Assembly (NCBI GenBank): GCA_973895155.1
Contig: OZ316891.1
Span: 28,215,145 to 28,279,144, forward strand
Direction: 5' to 3'
DNA: 64,000 nt
Origin: Marsupella aquatica
Lineage: Eukaryota > Plantae > Marchantiophyta
The translations under genes were made by a program, and so were the position numbers. This document shows, one piece after another, positions 52,372 to 64,000 of this stretch; the first letter of the stretch is position 1; each line of letters starts with the position of its first letter. Under the pieces are notes generated by a model. That model saw only the letters and a list, made by a program, of their open reading frames with translations. It made no database searches and was not told the DNA's origin.

Positions 52372-55300
52372 ATGAGTAAATTTATGCGAGGGGATGAAGT
52401 TTCATTGATAATTGATGGTTTTGAAGTGGCAATTAGGACCATCCAAAAGGTTGATCCCAAAGACACTATACACAATATTTGTCTTGGGAAAAATCAAATT
52501 GGGGTCCTTATCGAGAGGTGTCTTGAAACATCTTGTCCACTACCATTTCCATCCAAAACATCATCGAGCCTAGGTGATGCAGTTGACTCGTGTGTGATCT
52601 GGGATTCTTCCTTGGCATATTTGAGGTCTTCAACATTGCCGAAAAGAACCGCTATGGATGGTGTTCCTACTCCAGTGGACGGGGATGAAGGATGTTATGA
52701 AATGGACGTTGGTGGTAAGGAGGCAACCTTGCTGAAGGAGAGGAGGTTGAGATGTTCATTTTAGATGAACTTGTATCAAAAGAAGTTGTCTTCAATACCA
52801 ATCCAATGGACACTTGTCATAGTGAACGACTCGGTGTTGGCCGTGTCAGTATACAAATATCAGAGGTTGTTCAGGGAAATAGAAAACTACCGTATCCGCA
52901 TCCTGGAGCTGACACAGTGCAAGAGGCAATGCAGACTTGGGTAATGTGGGATGTTGCTGATGTTTCAAGAAAAGGCTCTATTCGAGGTTCTGGCGTGTTT
53001 GTTGGTGCAAACCCGGGTGCAAACCTGTTTAAGGATCTTCCATTGAAAGATTTTACAATGCGTTCCAACTGGATGGCAGAGGAAGTTGACTTGTATGATG
53101 TTTCTCATTGTCGTAAGGTTGTGACAGGGGTTATCACAGTTCCTTTTGAAGCAGGTGCTGTTGATGATGAACTTCTTGGTCCAGAGCATGTGGGTGTAGC
53201 TGTTGTGAATATCAACGATCCCGCATTATTCCCAAATATCCGTGCTGGTACTCCAGGTTTGGTGAGGTGGGAAATCAAATCTTTGTTGTTGATTTCATCT
53301 CAAATGTTTCTTGGGGATATCCTTGAGAAAGGTTCACATGTGTGGATAGAATCGGGTCGAAATGAGAGCGACCTGGATTTGGATGGTGATGGGAAACCTC
53401 CAAAAAGACCATATAATTTCATTAGAAGGACCAAAGTGGATCTGGAGGAGAAAAAAAAACATTTGCAATCAAGGGCGCTTTTGAAAATCACCGAGGAGTC
53501 CATTGATTCCATCCAAAGAGAAGGTTGTTGCAGGTTAAAGTGTTGCTTGAACATGCCAAGAGAGGACTTGGAGGCAATGAGGAGGGAATTCCATGGAATG
53601 TCAAGTGACAACAAAACAAGTCATATCTTCAATCTTTTTGGGTGTAGAGAAGACCAAGTCAAGAGAAAAGGATATTTTGTTCTAAAGGGACGTGTGGTTT
53701 GTAAGGATGCGTTCATAAAAATGCATGGGTTTAGTACGGCAAAGTATTATGATTACAAAAATCAGTACGAAGCTGGGTGCACAATTGGTTTTCATGGAAA
53801 TCAAGGGCAACATAAGACACGATCAAGCACCTTGCATGCTCGTGCATTGTTGGAGTCCATTTTAATCCAAAATGGAGAACCAATGCCACATCTTCCCTAT
53901 GGTGGGTCCAACAGCACCGATACTGTCGACGGGACTATCGAATATCGACTCCCATCATGTTTCACTAAGAAGGAGATTTTTGGTATTTGCAAAGATGGAA
54001 TTGGACGGCTACGCTAAGGTTACTGAAGTTACCATGTACAACATCTGGAAAAATTCTTTTGATAATTTTGACTTTCACAATGGCAGTGCATTTGCCAAGT
54101 GCACATTTTGCACTGAGTTCAAAGATCAATTGATGCGGGAGAAGAGAAAAAAAGAGCGTGCAGAGATTGAAGAGAAAAGAGCACGACATCTTCGTGAACA
54201 AATGTCAAGGAGATATGTTTACTATGCTCATAGGGTTCTTGCAAAGAAGGATCCTCAACACTTTAGTTTGACTGGCCTTTGGCCTGGACATGCAGACTTC
54301 ACTATGACATCTTTGGCCAAATGCCTTCGAGATTTGGAGGATTACACTGGAGACAAAATGGGAGACATGCTTGAAGCTTTCAATTGGAACGCAACTAGGC
54401 CAATATTTCAGTCTCTTTTGGACTTTGAAGCATTTCAAGCGGGTTACTTGGAACCCAAAAATGTTTCAATTCTCAAGTTTCAAGGCCTTGATGACGGTCA
54501 GGAGAGCCAAAAAACCAGCACAACAGATGCTGGTTCTAGAGTTGATCCTGAGACTACGAGCTCTTTCAAGCCCTTACCAAGGCACCTAACAAGCCCTTAC
54601 CAAGGCACCTAACACTGCAGATGGACAATTCAGGAAAAGATAATAAAAATCAATATGTGATGGCATTTTGCAGCGAGCTTGTTAGCAGGGGGTGTTTGAA
54701 ACTGTGCAAATGTCATTCCTCATGGTTGGCCACACCCATGAGGATGTGGATGCACTATTTTCTCAAGTATCCAAACAGGTCAGGTACAAAGAGGTTGCTA
54801 CCCTCCTTGCGTTGATGGCTGAGGTTTGGGAGTGTGAAAGCATCCATCCCGTACCACGATTGATTCAGGAGGTTGCATCTTACAAGCAGTATTTGAAGGC
54901 TTTCCAAGTGAAAGAGATTGAAGGTCACTCAAAACCAGTGGCATTTCTATTCTCCATGAGGGATAATGTGCCAGTGTATCAATATAAAGCACATGTCAAA
55001 CAACCTTGGCCTCCAGCAACAGGGAGGTCAATTTGGAGAACTGATCTCATCACAAACACGCTCATTTTACCGGAGGGCCAACCATTTGCAAAACCTATAT
55101 CGGGGGAGGTACAAAAGAAAGCCGAGGAAATCATCCCATTCCTTAATCGTTACATTGATTTCTTGAGGAAAAGTTGCAAGGATGAGACCTCTGCAGCATA
55201 CCGCGAGAGATTTCCTTTGGTGAAATATTGGGAGAGGCTTGTTATGGCACTCTCTGAGGCACTTACAATAGAAGGGGAGGGAGAAAGACAGTTGTCATTG

Positions 55301-55978
55301 ACAACTGATTTCTGGCCAAAGACTAACCATGGCACAGGTTACAAGGTGATTTTGGGGACCTCTCAACCTTCAAGTGAACCTACTCAAAATTCAGAGATGA
55401 TGGACCTTCAAAATGAGTACATGGAAGAGATGGAAGGTCAAGCTGCACCCTTCGTTGGTGCATGAGAAGAGCGAGAACTTGCACGTTGGATTCCCCTACG
55501 AGATATTCAAGAGGGTCACTTTGTGTTTTTACGTCCAGAGGATGAATGAGAGCAAAAAAATGGCAAAGGGCGTTTCTGGTTAGTTTGAGCTTTGGGTGGT
55601 GTGGATCCAAACCATGAGGTTTCTTCACTAGATTTGCAATTTAGTGAAGGGTCTTCTTCAAGGTTTTCTAAGAGCATTCACCTAAGTAGCATTCCTAAGC
55701 GGTATGCTCCTATGTTCCAAGTGCAATGGTGGAAGCCTAAACATGGTAAGCATGATGCAAAGGATGATGTTCGATACGAACGTTGCTTTCAGACCACTAA
55801 GACTTGGGAGCTAGATCTTGGGTTTAACACTATCACTCAAAGTTGGCAGTTTGCAAATTCTGCAATGTATGGGTTTAAGTCAGGTGCCAAAGAACAAAAT
55901 ATTATGGATAGAGGTTTGGCAATTCCCAAGAATGTTTTGAAAACTCTCAAAACTTACATGGAAGGTATTGATGAGTAG
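52372..55978 (+). pseudogene. Sola-like DDD transposase, defective
   Basis: GCCRLKCC, VVCKDAFIKMHGFS, FAKCTFC, LQMDNSGKDNKN and FLMVGHTHEDVDALFS motifs resemble Sola1-type transposases. There are three repeated N-terminal modules ending in V(I/M/R)W, several frameshifts, and a tandem duplication at 54567-54612. Confidence 0.8.
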
Positions 55979-57114
55979 AGTGATAGAGTGGTCACAAGTG
56001 TCCACTATGTAATGACTTGTAGTTAGGAGGGTCAAGTTAATTTCCATGCATTTGTCTAAAGTAAGTGAGAGAACAAGGCTTGCAATCAAATACTCTATGA
56101 TCTCTCTTAGTTATTGAATGGACTTTTTGATAATTATTGTTATTTTTGTCTTAGTACATATATTTCTAGAAAATGATGGCAGTTCTAAGTTACTTGGATG
56201 TCATCCTAGTTTGAATATAAGATATTTAACTTGTCTAGCATTTCATTGTTGCTTAGATAATGATCCTATCCAAGCTAGATGTTTTGAGTATAGATGCTAT
56301 CCAAGCTAATGTGTTATTACACACGTTCTATCTATTTTCAACCAAATGAACACTTTTTATCACCCAAATGTTTTTTAATATTATCCAAATTAATATTTTC
56401 TTTGCCCAAATGTCTATTTTTTTGCCCCAAACTTATAATTCATGATGCTTAAATTTTCATTTTTCATCCTTCAAATTTACAATTCTTATGCCTAAAAGTG
56501 TGTTTTTAAATGCCCAAATTTCCAAATCTTCTTTATAATTGCACTTTTAATGAATATAGTGATAAGGGTTTAGTGATAGTTGAGAATCTTTAGAATGATT
56601 TCCTTGGTTATTGAGGATCACTATTTTACCTGAAGATCATCTAGAGCCAACAACTGTTGTCTCTTTGGGTAGGTACTTTTGTGAGGAAAAGAGGTTTGTT
56701 GGTCATTGATGGAGAGTTAAGGTTGCCTCTAGGATGGTGCAGTTTTGGAGTTTAGGTTGCCTTGGGGATGGTGCAATTTTGGCCAGCAATAGTGACAGTT
56801 ATATTATTTTAAAAACTAGCACAATGTGGAGCTCCAAATATTTGGTTTAGCTGCTGCACCCACTACTATTGACATTGATGGCCAACACTACATGAGGAGT
56901 ATATGGAAACTAGCAAAATTTGGAGCGCCAAATTTGGTGCATAGCTTCAAGTGAGAGGTCACCCATCCCATTGTTATTCTTTCTCCCACATGTTTAACTA
57001 GATAGTTCTCATGTGAAGCATTGTACATGCATTTCTTTCCACATTTGATGTGTAGAAAATGACTGCATAGGGGTTTTATGCACTTCTGAATTCATCTAGA
57101 GTCTTAGTTTAAAC

Positions 57115-57280
57115 TTGTTCTTGATGGATTCTTGAGTAATTTGATATTGGATTCTTGTGTGGCCTATTATGAAGGCTCTAGTAAAATTGTTCTTGATGGA
57201 TTCTTGAGTAATTTGATATTGGATTCTTGTGTGACCTATTATGAAGGCTCCAGTAAAATCATTCTTGATGGATTCTTGTG
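57115..57280. repeat. 72-bp tandem repeat (~2.3 copies)
   Basis: ttgttcttgatggattcttgagtaatttgatattggattcttgtgt..cctattatgaaggctc.agtaaaa repeated. Confidence 0.85.
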
Positions 57281-58390
57281 TAGAATTGCTTTTAGTGTGG
57301 AGAGTTCCAAGCAACTAGAATAACATGAATTTAGAACCCTATTAATGATCAAAGCATAAGATTAGGGTAGAGATCATATCCAAGCTTATATCTTAATTAT
57401 TAGACTAGATGAATGTTTTATTTATTATCCAACACATTTTATATTTCTATCACCCAAATGTTTTTCTTTAGAATCCAAATTAATATTTATTTTCCCCAAG
57501 GTAAATCTTGATTCCCCAAATGTACATTAAATGGTGCCCAAATGTACAACTTTCACTACCCAAATGTACAATTCTTGTGCCCCAAAATATGTATTTTAGT
57601 GCCCAAATGTCCAAAGATCAAAGAATTTTCTAGTTTTAATGAATAGAGTGATATAGCTGGTTGGGAATGCCAAGGGTTTTCATTTGCTGGTCACGGTGCT
57701 GGACTGCATGATTCTCGTTTTGGCCTTTTCACAGCATTGGTTCAGATTCTCACTTGGGCTCAATCCCTTTATCCTGCTGTTGGCAGCTATATCATTGAGA
57801 ATACTCCATCTCAGTTTGACCAACATCCACAGGTCAAAGAGGATTTCAGTGTGGTCCAACATTACTTGGGACCACCCCTTCTCATTGATGCAGTGCACTG
57901 TGGTTCTTATGCACATCGTCTTCGTAACTTTTGGACTAACCTTGCACCACCTTCCTTGTTGGAGTTAGCTCTTCACCACACATCCAGAGACACTAATCTC
58001 ACAGTGGACCAGATTTTGGATCCTGACAGTTCTTGCCAACCAGTTACAGGGCAAGAGCCAGCACCTTGGTATCCAGCCAATACCATTGGACGTACAGCCC
58101 CGTGCTGCTTGGCCTACATTTGTGTCCTTTCCAGGTGCACATGCTTTTTAGGGTGATGGTCCTGACCTGGTTTACTGACATTCTACCGGTACATGGGATG
58201 AACCTAGTCCTGAGGAGAGAGAACGGGCTATGGGCTTCCAACCCGGTACTACATGCCACACCAAAATCACCAAGCTGGCCATGAATGCTTTACTTGGCAG
58301 GGTAATGGATCTTAATGCTCTCACTTGGCTTCTGGTCACTTGCATCCTTTTTCAGATGTACATTCATCCAGCATCAGGAGTTCCAGCCCT

Positions 58391-59068
58391 CTGGCCGTGG
58401 CATGGGGTACTTGTCCTGGGTGTGACCAGGTTCAGTGGCCTGTAGTCCCCACACATGCGCTTCTCTGTCCACAATCCACTGGAATCCTTCTTTGCTGGCA
58501 TCACTGTAGCTGCTGCAAAATCTGATGTAGATGGCTGAATAAGACCAGCTTCATATAACTCTTGGCACCTCTCATCCACCAGCTGCCACTCATGCTTACT
58601 CAAACGATGTCTCCGCCTGAAGATAGGTGTTTCATCAACCAACTCAATGGAGAACTGCATGGTCTTGCACTTACCCAAGTCCTTCATAGAGAAAGCAAAC
58701 ATGTTCTCATGCTTGAGGAGCAAATTCAGCAGCTGGTCCTTTTGTCTTTTACTCAGGTGGTTGCCCATGATGAATGTGTAGTTGGCAACACTAGGAATAG
58801 GACCTGATGTACTCGTGCTTGAAGAGCCAGAAGTGCTAGCCTCTCCACTGTCCAAGCTGCTAGCATGCTGCTGATAAGGTGATGAGGCCTCTCCAAGGCC
58901 TGTTGTATCTATTGCTCTGGTCTGATCCACACCATGAAACTCAGAAATAATATCAGCCATGTTACAAGGGACCTCCTCCCCCCCCAACACTTGGACTGAA
59001 GCGGTGAGTGTTGAATAGAGGTAAGTGCACTTGGTTTGGATGCCATGTAGCAGCACCATGGAGTGGTA
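58391..59068 (-). other. Internal inversion (~680 bp) of the DNMT-RT linker and RT N-terminus in copy B
   Basis: The segment is the reverse complement of copy A ~9512-10191, with colinear flanks on both sides. Confidence 0.93.
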
Positions 59069-61473
59069 CTATTTGACAGCATTGGAGACTCAGACATCTT
59101 CACTCTTGTGGATCTAAGGCAAGGCTTTAACCAGATTTTGCTGCTTGCAAAGGACCGCAAGAAAATAGCTTTCCATGGTAGTAACCAACTATGGGAGTGG
59201 TTGGTGATGCCATTTGGCTTGAAGAATGCGCCCATATTCTTTCAAAGAGTCATGGACCAGGTTCTTCAAGGTGCTAAGTTTCTGAAATGCTACATTGATG
59301 ATGTGTTGGTCCACAGCAAAGGATTTGACCAGCATCTACTTGACCTCGAGGAGCTATTCATGAGACTTAAGAAGGTGAACCTAAAGATACACCCCAAGAA
59401 GTGTGAATTTGCTGTCAGATCAGTAGTATACCTTGGGCACCGCATTCTTCCAAATGGAACCATGGCTCACTGGGCCAAGGTGGTATCCATCTTGGAAATG
59501 CCCACTCCTACCGATGTTCACACTTTGAGGAGTTTTATTGGGTTGTGCAATTACTACCGGATCTACATCAAAGATTTCAGCACCATTGCACTGTACCCAT
59601 TGTATGCTTTGTTGAAAAAGAATGTGACTTGGACATGGAGTATAGATGCTGAGGCAGCATTTGCCACTTTGAAGGAGAAGCTCTCAGAATACCCGGTGCT
59701 GAGAAGACCTGATTTCAGCAAGGTCTTTGTGCTACACACAGATTGGAGTGCCCTTGGGACCCGCCTTGGGATTGGTGCCATTCTGGGCCAGCATGATGAG
59801 GAAGGTAAAGAGTACGTCATTGCCTATGCATCCAAGAGCAACAATTAGGCAGAGAGTCATTATTCTTCGGATGAGGGTGATTCATGCCTTGCTATTGTGT
59901 GGGCTGTCATACATTATAGGCCCTACCTCTATGGGACCAGGTTTGTCCTCTACACCGACCACCCAGCCCTTGAAGTGGTTGATGACCAAGTAAGCTTACT
60001 GGCAAGCTTGCTTGTTGGGCACTCATACTCCAGGAGTATGATTTTGAGGTAATTCATAGGCCTGGTGTGACACATCAAAATGCTGACACTACATCCCGCA
60101 GCCCTTTGATTGCCTCTAATGATTCCTCAGATGCACGGCAGGATTTTGACCAGGTTTCCATCCTGCCTACATTTCATGCATCTACCTATCTTGCTTTGCT
60201 GCCATGCTATGTTGTTGACCAACCTGTGGTGGACATATGGGAGGACAGCGACACTCTGAGATTTCTGCAGGATGGGGAGTACCCCACCCATGTTACTGCT
60301 GCCCAGAGAGATCGAATTCAGCAAAGGTCCAAGCGCTACTTGTGGAAGGGAGATCATCTTGTGCGCTGCTTGCCAGACAGGGAAGTGGTGGTTCCACCCA
60401 TTCATGAGAGGGTTGGCCTTATCCGTAAGGTACATTCTGAGCTTGGTCATTTTGGTGTTAAGAGGACTTATAGCCTCTTGGTCCCCCATTATCATTGGCG
60501 AGGCATGCATGGCCAGGTTCGAGATGTTATTGCCCGGTGTGAGCAGTGTGATAGGGTAAGGACTTCTTTTACATCTCGGCAACCCACACTTCATCCACTC
60601 CCTATTCTGGGCATGTTTTATCGTTGGTCATGTGATTTGGCTGAAGAATTACCCCTCACATCTTGGGGTAATCTCTACATCATGATCATGATAGAGCATT
60701 TCTCCAAGTGGATAGAACTTGTGGCATTGCCAGATAAGACCTCCCGTAGCACCAGCCAGGCATTCCTGCAACAAGTTCTTAGCCGATTTGGAGCTTGTGC
60801 AGAATGTCTCACTGACCAGGGCTCAGAGTTTAGAGGAGAGTTCCAGGAGCTGCTTGATCAGGCCCTCATTGATCATCGTCGGACATCACGAGATCACCCA
60901 CAGGCAGATGGCTTGGCAGAGCGCATGGTTTAGACATGCAAGAAGGGCCTCCGGAAGATCTGCCTCACCAAAAACAAGGAGGATTGGGACCTGGCCTTAC
61001 CCTACATTGCCATGGGGTATAGGATGTCCAGACATGCATCATTGTCTAACTTTTCTCCCTACTTCTTGTTGTTTGGTCGTCACCCAGTTCCACCTTCTGC
61101 TATTGCTGCTCACATGCTTCAGGTGGTGGACTTGGATTCAGCTGTGACTTGGTCTGATGTGATCTCTGAAAGGGCTGCCCTATTCAGGAGGGTTATGCCC
61201 ATGGCCATGGAGAATTTGGCCATTGCACAGCACAGGGACACACTGCGTTATGCACACACACGAGGGGGCACTTTTCAGCCCAAGGTCAGGAAGTTTGATG
61301 TGGGAGATTTTGTGTACTTGCAGCGGCAAGCTAACGACACCCTGGACACCTCTACCAGTCGTACTATTCTCAGGGTTAAAGCTATTTGACCGTTTGGAGT
61401 GCTAGAGTTACAAGGGGCAGATGGGCGCATAATTGTTGACAATGCCAAGAACTGTGCCCCTTGTCATCTGCCT

Positions 61474-61840
61474 TGTTGAGCATAGACGACGATCGCAACG
61501 GCAAGCCCATGAACCATCCAACGCACAATAGTTGACACAAGAGATATGTGGTTCACCTCCTTGAGGCTACGTCCACGGGAACACACAAGAGAGCTTTACT
61601 GAACTCTAAGCCCGTCGGCTATACCGAGTCTCCACAGTGTAAGCTCTCCCTATCTCTCAAGTGGCTCCATAACAATGAGCCTTGGTTCTACCTCTCCAAG
61701 CACACGTGCCTCTTATGATATAGTGTGCAACTTAGTTGTACCTAATCACGTAGTTGTACCTAACCACGTAGTTGTACCAACCCACGTTGTTGTACCAACC
61801 ACGTCATACCTAACCTAGACGTAAGAGTAAATACCCAACA
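61474..61840. mobile_element. Solo LTR (367 bp) of an unrelated canonical LTR retrotransposon
   Basis: TGTTG...CAACA termini, 5-bp TSD TGCCT (61469-61473 / 61841-61845), internal ~18-bp repeats; absent from copy A. Confidence 0.9.
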
Positions 61841-62271
61841 TGCCTAACCTGGATCCCACCATTGTGACTTCTACTTTGATTCCACCTGTGGACTACCCTT
61901 GCAAAGTGTGTTTGCAAATTGATGATGCTGACTAGATGCTGCTGTGTGACAATTGCAATGGAGGGTACATCTTTTCTGCCTTCGGCCTGAACTTACCCAG
62001 GTGCCAGAAGGGTTATGGTTTTGCCCTTCCTGTGCTCCACGTGCTACCTGAATTTTCTTCAGACCTCCTTTTGGCTGTGGTCTGGGGGGGGATACAGAGG
62101 TTTACACCTCCACTACGTACATACCACTTCATTTGCTTTTTCTTGGCACTTGTGAATGTGATTGGACTTTTTCTATGCATGTTGGTTGCTAGCAGCTTGA
62201 ACAAATGCCTTGCCGGTGACTTGTATGTTTTTGATACACTATGGCTACGATACTATATGTCACGACATGAA

Positions 62272-63400
62272 GGACCTAACCAGCCAAGCCAGGCCCCCAA
62301 GGCCCACTCAATCTAAGAATCAGATCAGAACAGCCAAAGCCACTTGAAGCGAAAAGAGGCAGGTTTAGGTGGGAACATCCAACTTCTATCTTCCCCTTAA
62401 CAGAGCGCCATGGCCTTGTGTTTGAGAATTTGTTGGGTCCGGTCAAGTGACACCTTGATTGTCCCTCCTGTATTTGACAACAGTGCCCAGACTCTGTTTT
62501 TTTTTGGAAAGGGGGGGGGGGGAGATGGTAGATATGAATGCCCAAAGTGTAGTTGTGGAATGACTAATTACCCAAAATGTGATTTGTAGAATAACTAGAC
62601 TTGGATGACCAGAATCTAGTGTGGAGAATGACCACACGTGAATCACCCGAAAGATGGTTGCCAATAAACCACCAGGGCCATATATAAGGGGAAGTGTCCC
62701 AAACTTCCCCCTTTTCCACATTCCACTCGCTCCCCTCCTCTAGAATGCTGTCTCCTCATGATTTCAGGGGCAAAAGTACTATTAATGGTGAAACCTGGTG
62801 GATTCAAGTTTGATTATGAACACTGGCCAATTTAAATTACAATTGCACCTGTAAGAGCTACCAGTTACTTGTAGCTCTCATTATGAAATGCACTGGTTCA
62901 GTTTTCACTAGGATCCAATGGACTTGGGCTCCACCTTTTGTGGAGAGCATTCCATCTTTTATAGTGAGTACACTGTTCACCACAAGACAGGAATGAGCAG
63001 TACTTCGCAACAAGGCAAAGCATGGGTCTTTTATATGGGCAGGAGTAAACTGGAATGAATGGTGTAACAATGACTATGACATCCTTAGCCATTCGGCATT
63101 GATGTGGCAATACACAGAAACCAAGTGAGTCATGGGATCTAGGGCAGCTTATTTTTAAAAGGTTTTTACTTTTTCACCAAAGTGGTGAATGTCCAGTGGG
63201 TGAAGAAGAAGATGCTCAAAATATTCCTTATCTGAGTATTTTCCTGACCGTCAGATCTCCCTCGATTTAAGTATGACCTCTAGATTCTGGCTATTGGGAC
63301 CTATGATTAGGTGGGACACTGGCTAATGAGACAGCAAAATGGCAGCAAAATGGCGAAAGCTTTTTCGGGAGGTGGCATTTGGCAAATGTTTTGCAACTAA
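62272..63400 (-). mobile_element. Decayed LINE-like sequence that copy B inserted into (continues at ~33700-34265)
   Basis: Weak L1-like motifs in broken minus-strand frames, e.g. WHQLWRMRN near 33960-33990. Confidence 0.3.
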
Positions 63401-64000
63401 AGAAGTGCTGATCTAGGGTACAACTGGGAATTCATTGAAATTCATGAACTTAAAGCATGGCATGCTGGCTGGCGATGGATGGCACTATGAGTACTTGGAT
63501 TGTGATCAAACTTGGGTTGCACGCACCACCACAACTGGCCAAATGTGACCACTCTTTTGCTTGTGTATGGCCTGTGGGACATCCTCATTTTCCATCTACC
63601 TGTCGTCCACCTACCATCTGCAGTCAACATAGATATAGTACTTGTACAAATAAAAAAAAACCTTGACTGAATCTTTGCAACAGTATAGAACCGGGCCCCA
63701 CTCACGGGTCTCTGACATTTTGTATGTGTTTTGACAATAGAAAGCAAGCCTAGTACATCATCTAATATTTAGTGAAGTATTTCACACAATGCAGATTAGA
63801 ATAGTAAACAATTGCTGCATTATAGCATAGGTTCACTAATATCTTAGTAGAAATTACATGTTTTAAATGTTCTTATGACCAGGGCATTGTCTGAAAGTTC
63901 CTGCTCTGAATGGTCTCTTGGGGTGGGTTCAATGTGTATAGCGCATTGGTCCATGTGGTAGTTGTAGGAATTATTTAAAACATTCCTATAGCAATTCACA

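Larger units (their letters stand above)
43274..56563. mobile_element. Inner Sola-like DNA transposon (13.3 kb) with transposase and accessory genes
   Basis: TIR ATCACAGTATTCATTAAAACTG / ATCACTATATTCATTAAAAGTG. 4-bp TSD AAGG at 43270-43273 and 56564-56567. Confidence 0.88.
39593..57652. mobile_element. Outer Sola-like DNA transposon (non-autonomous, about 4.8 kb of its own sequence)
   Basis: TIR ATCACTCTATTCATTAAAACT at both ends. 4-bp TSD ATAG at 39589-39592 and 57653-57656. The empty site is visible in copy A (gatcatagctgg, DNMT motif IV). Confidence 0.9.
36199..62051 (+). pseudogene. Fragmented Gag-PR-DNMT-RT-RH-IN-PHD polyprotein of copy B
   Basis: Same motifs as copy A. Segments 36199-39592, 57657-61473 and 61846-62051, with stops, frameshifts and an inversion. 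Confidence 0.9.
34270..62267 (+). mobile_element. LTR-less Ty3/Gypsy-type DNMT/PHD retroelement, copy B (expanded by nested insertions)
   Basis: Starts TGTCATGCCG and ends TGTCACGACA. 4-bp TSD TGAA at 34266-34269 and 62268-62271. Colinear with copy A once the insertions are removed. Confidence 0.93.

Noticed and set aside
39595-57650. Calling the large DNA transposons CACTA/EnSpm because of CACT...AGTG near the ends
   Set aside because: The empty site in copy A fits symmetric ATCAC...GTGAT ends with a 4-bp TSD, and the transposase motifs are Sola-like rather than Transposase_21.

Overview
Eukaryotic DNA, most likely from a non-seed land plant such as a bryophyte (inferred from intron-containing plant-type genes and the TE types). 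The window is dominated by nested transposons. The main feature is two independently inserted copies (3351-13005; 34270-62267) of a Ty3/Gypsy-type retroelement. Its single ancestral ORF reads Gag(2xCCHC)-protease-C5 DNA methyltransferase (DNMT3-like)-RT-RNase H-integrase-PHD finger. Neither copy has LTRs. Both run TGTCATG...CACGA(C/A)A and have 4-bp target-site duplications (GTAG; TGAA), yet both keep a PBS-like motif before gag and a PPT 175 bp from the 3' end, which looks like a single LTR split and circularly permuted. The DNMT domain of copy B is interrupted by an 18-kb Sola-like DNA transposon, which contains a second 13.3-kb Sola-like element. The inner element carries a defective transposase and a divergent accessory locus with ParB-like, beta-class N4/N6 DNA methyltransferase-like and FCP1/NIF HAD-phosphatase-like domains. 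Between the two retroelement copies are three host genes: a CCS-like gene lacking the HMA domain, an unknown coiled-coil gene and a Cys-rich type I membrane protein. The window also holds MITEs, a solo LTR, an internal inversion, LINE remnants and several tandem arrays. All calls were made by eye; no searches were run.
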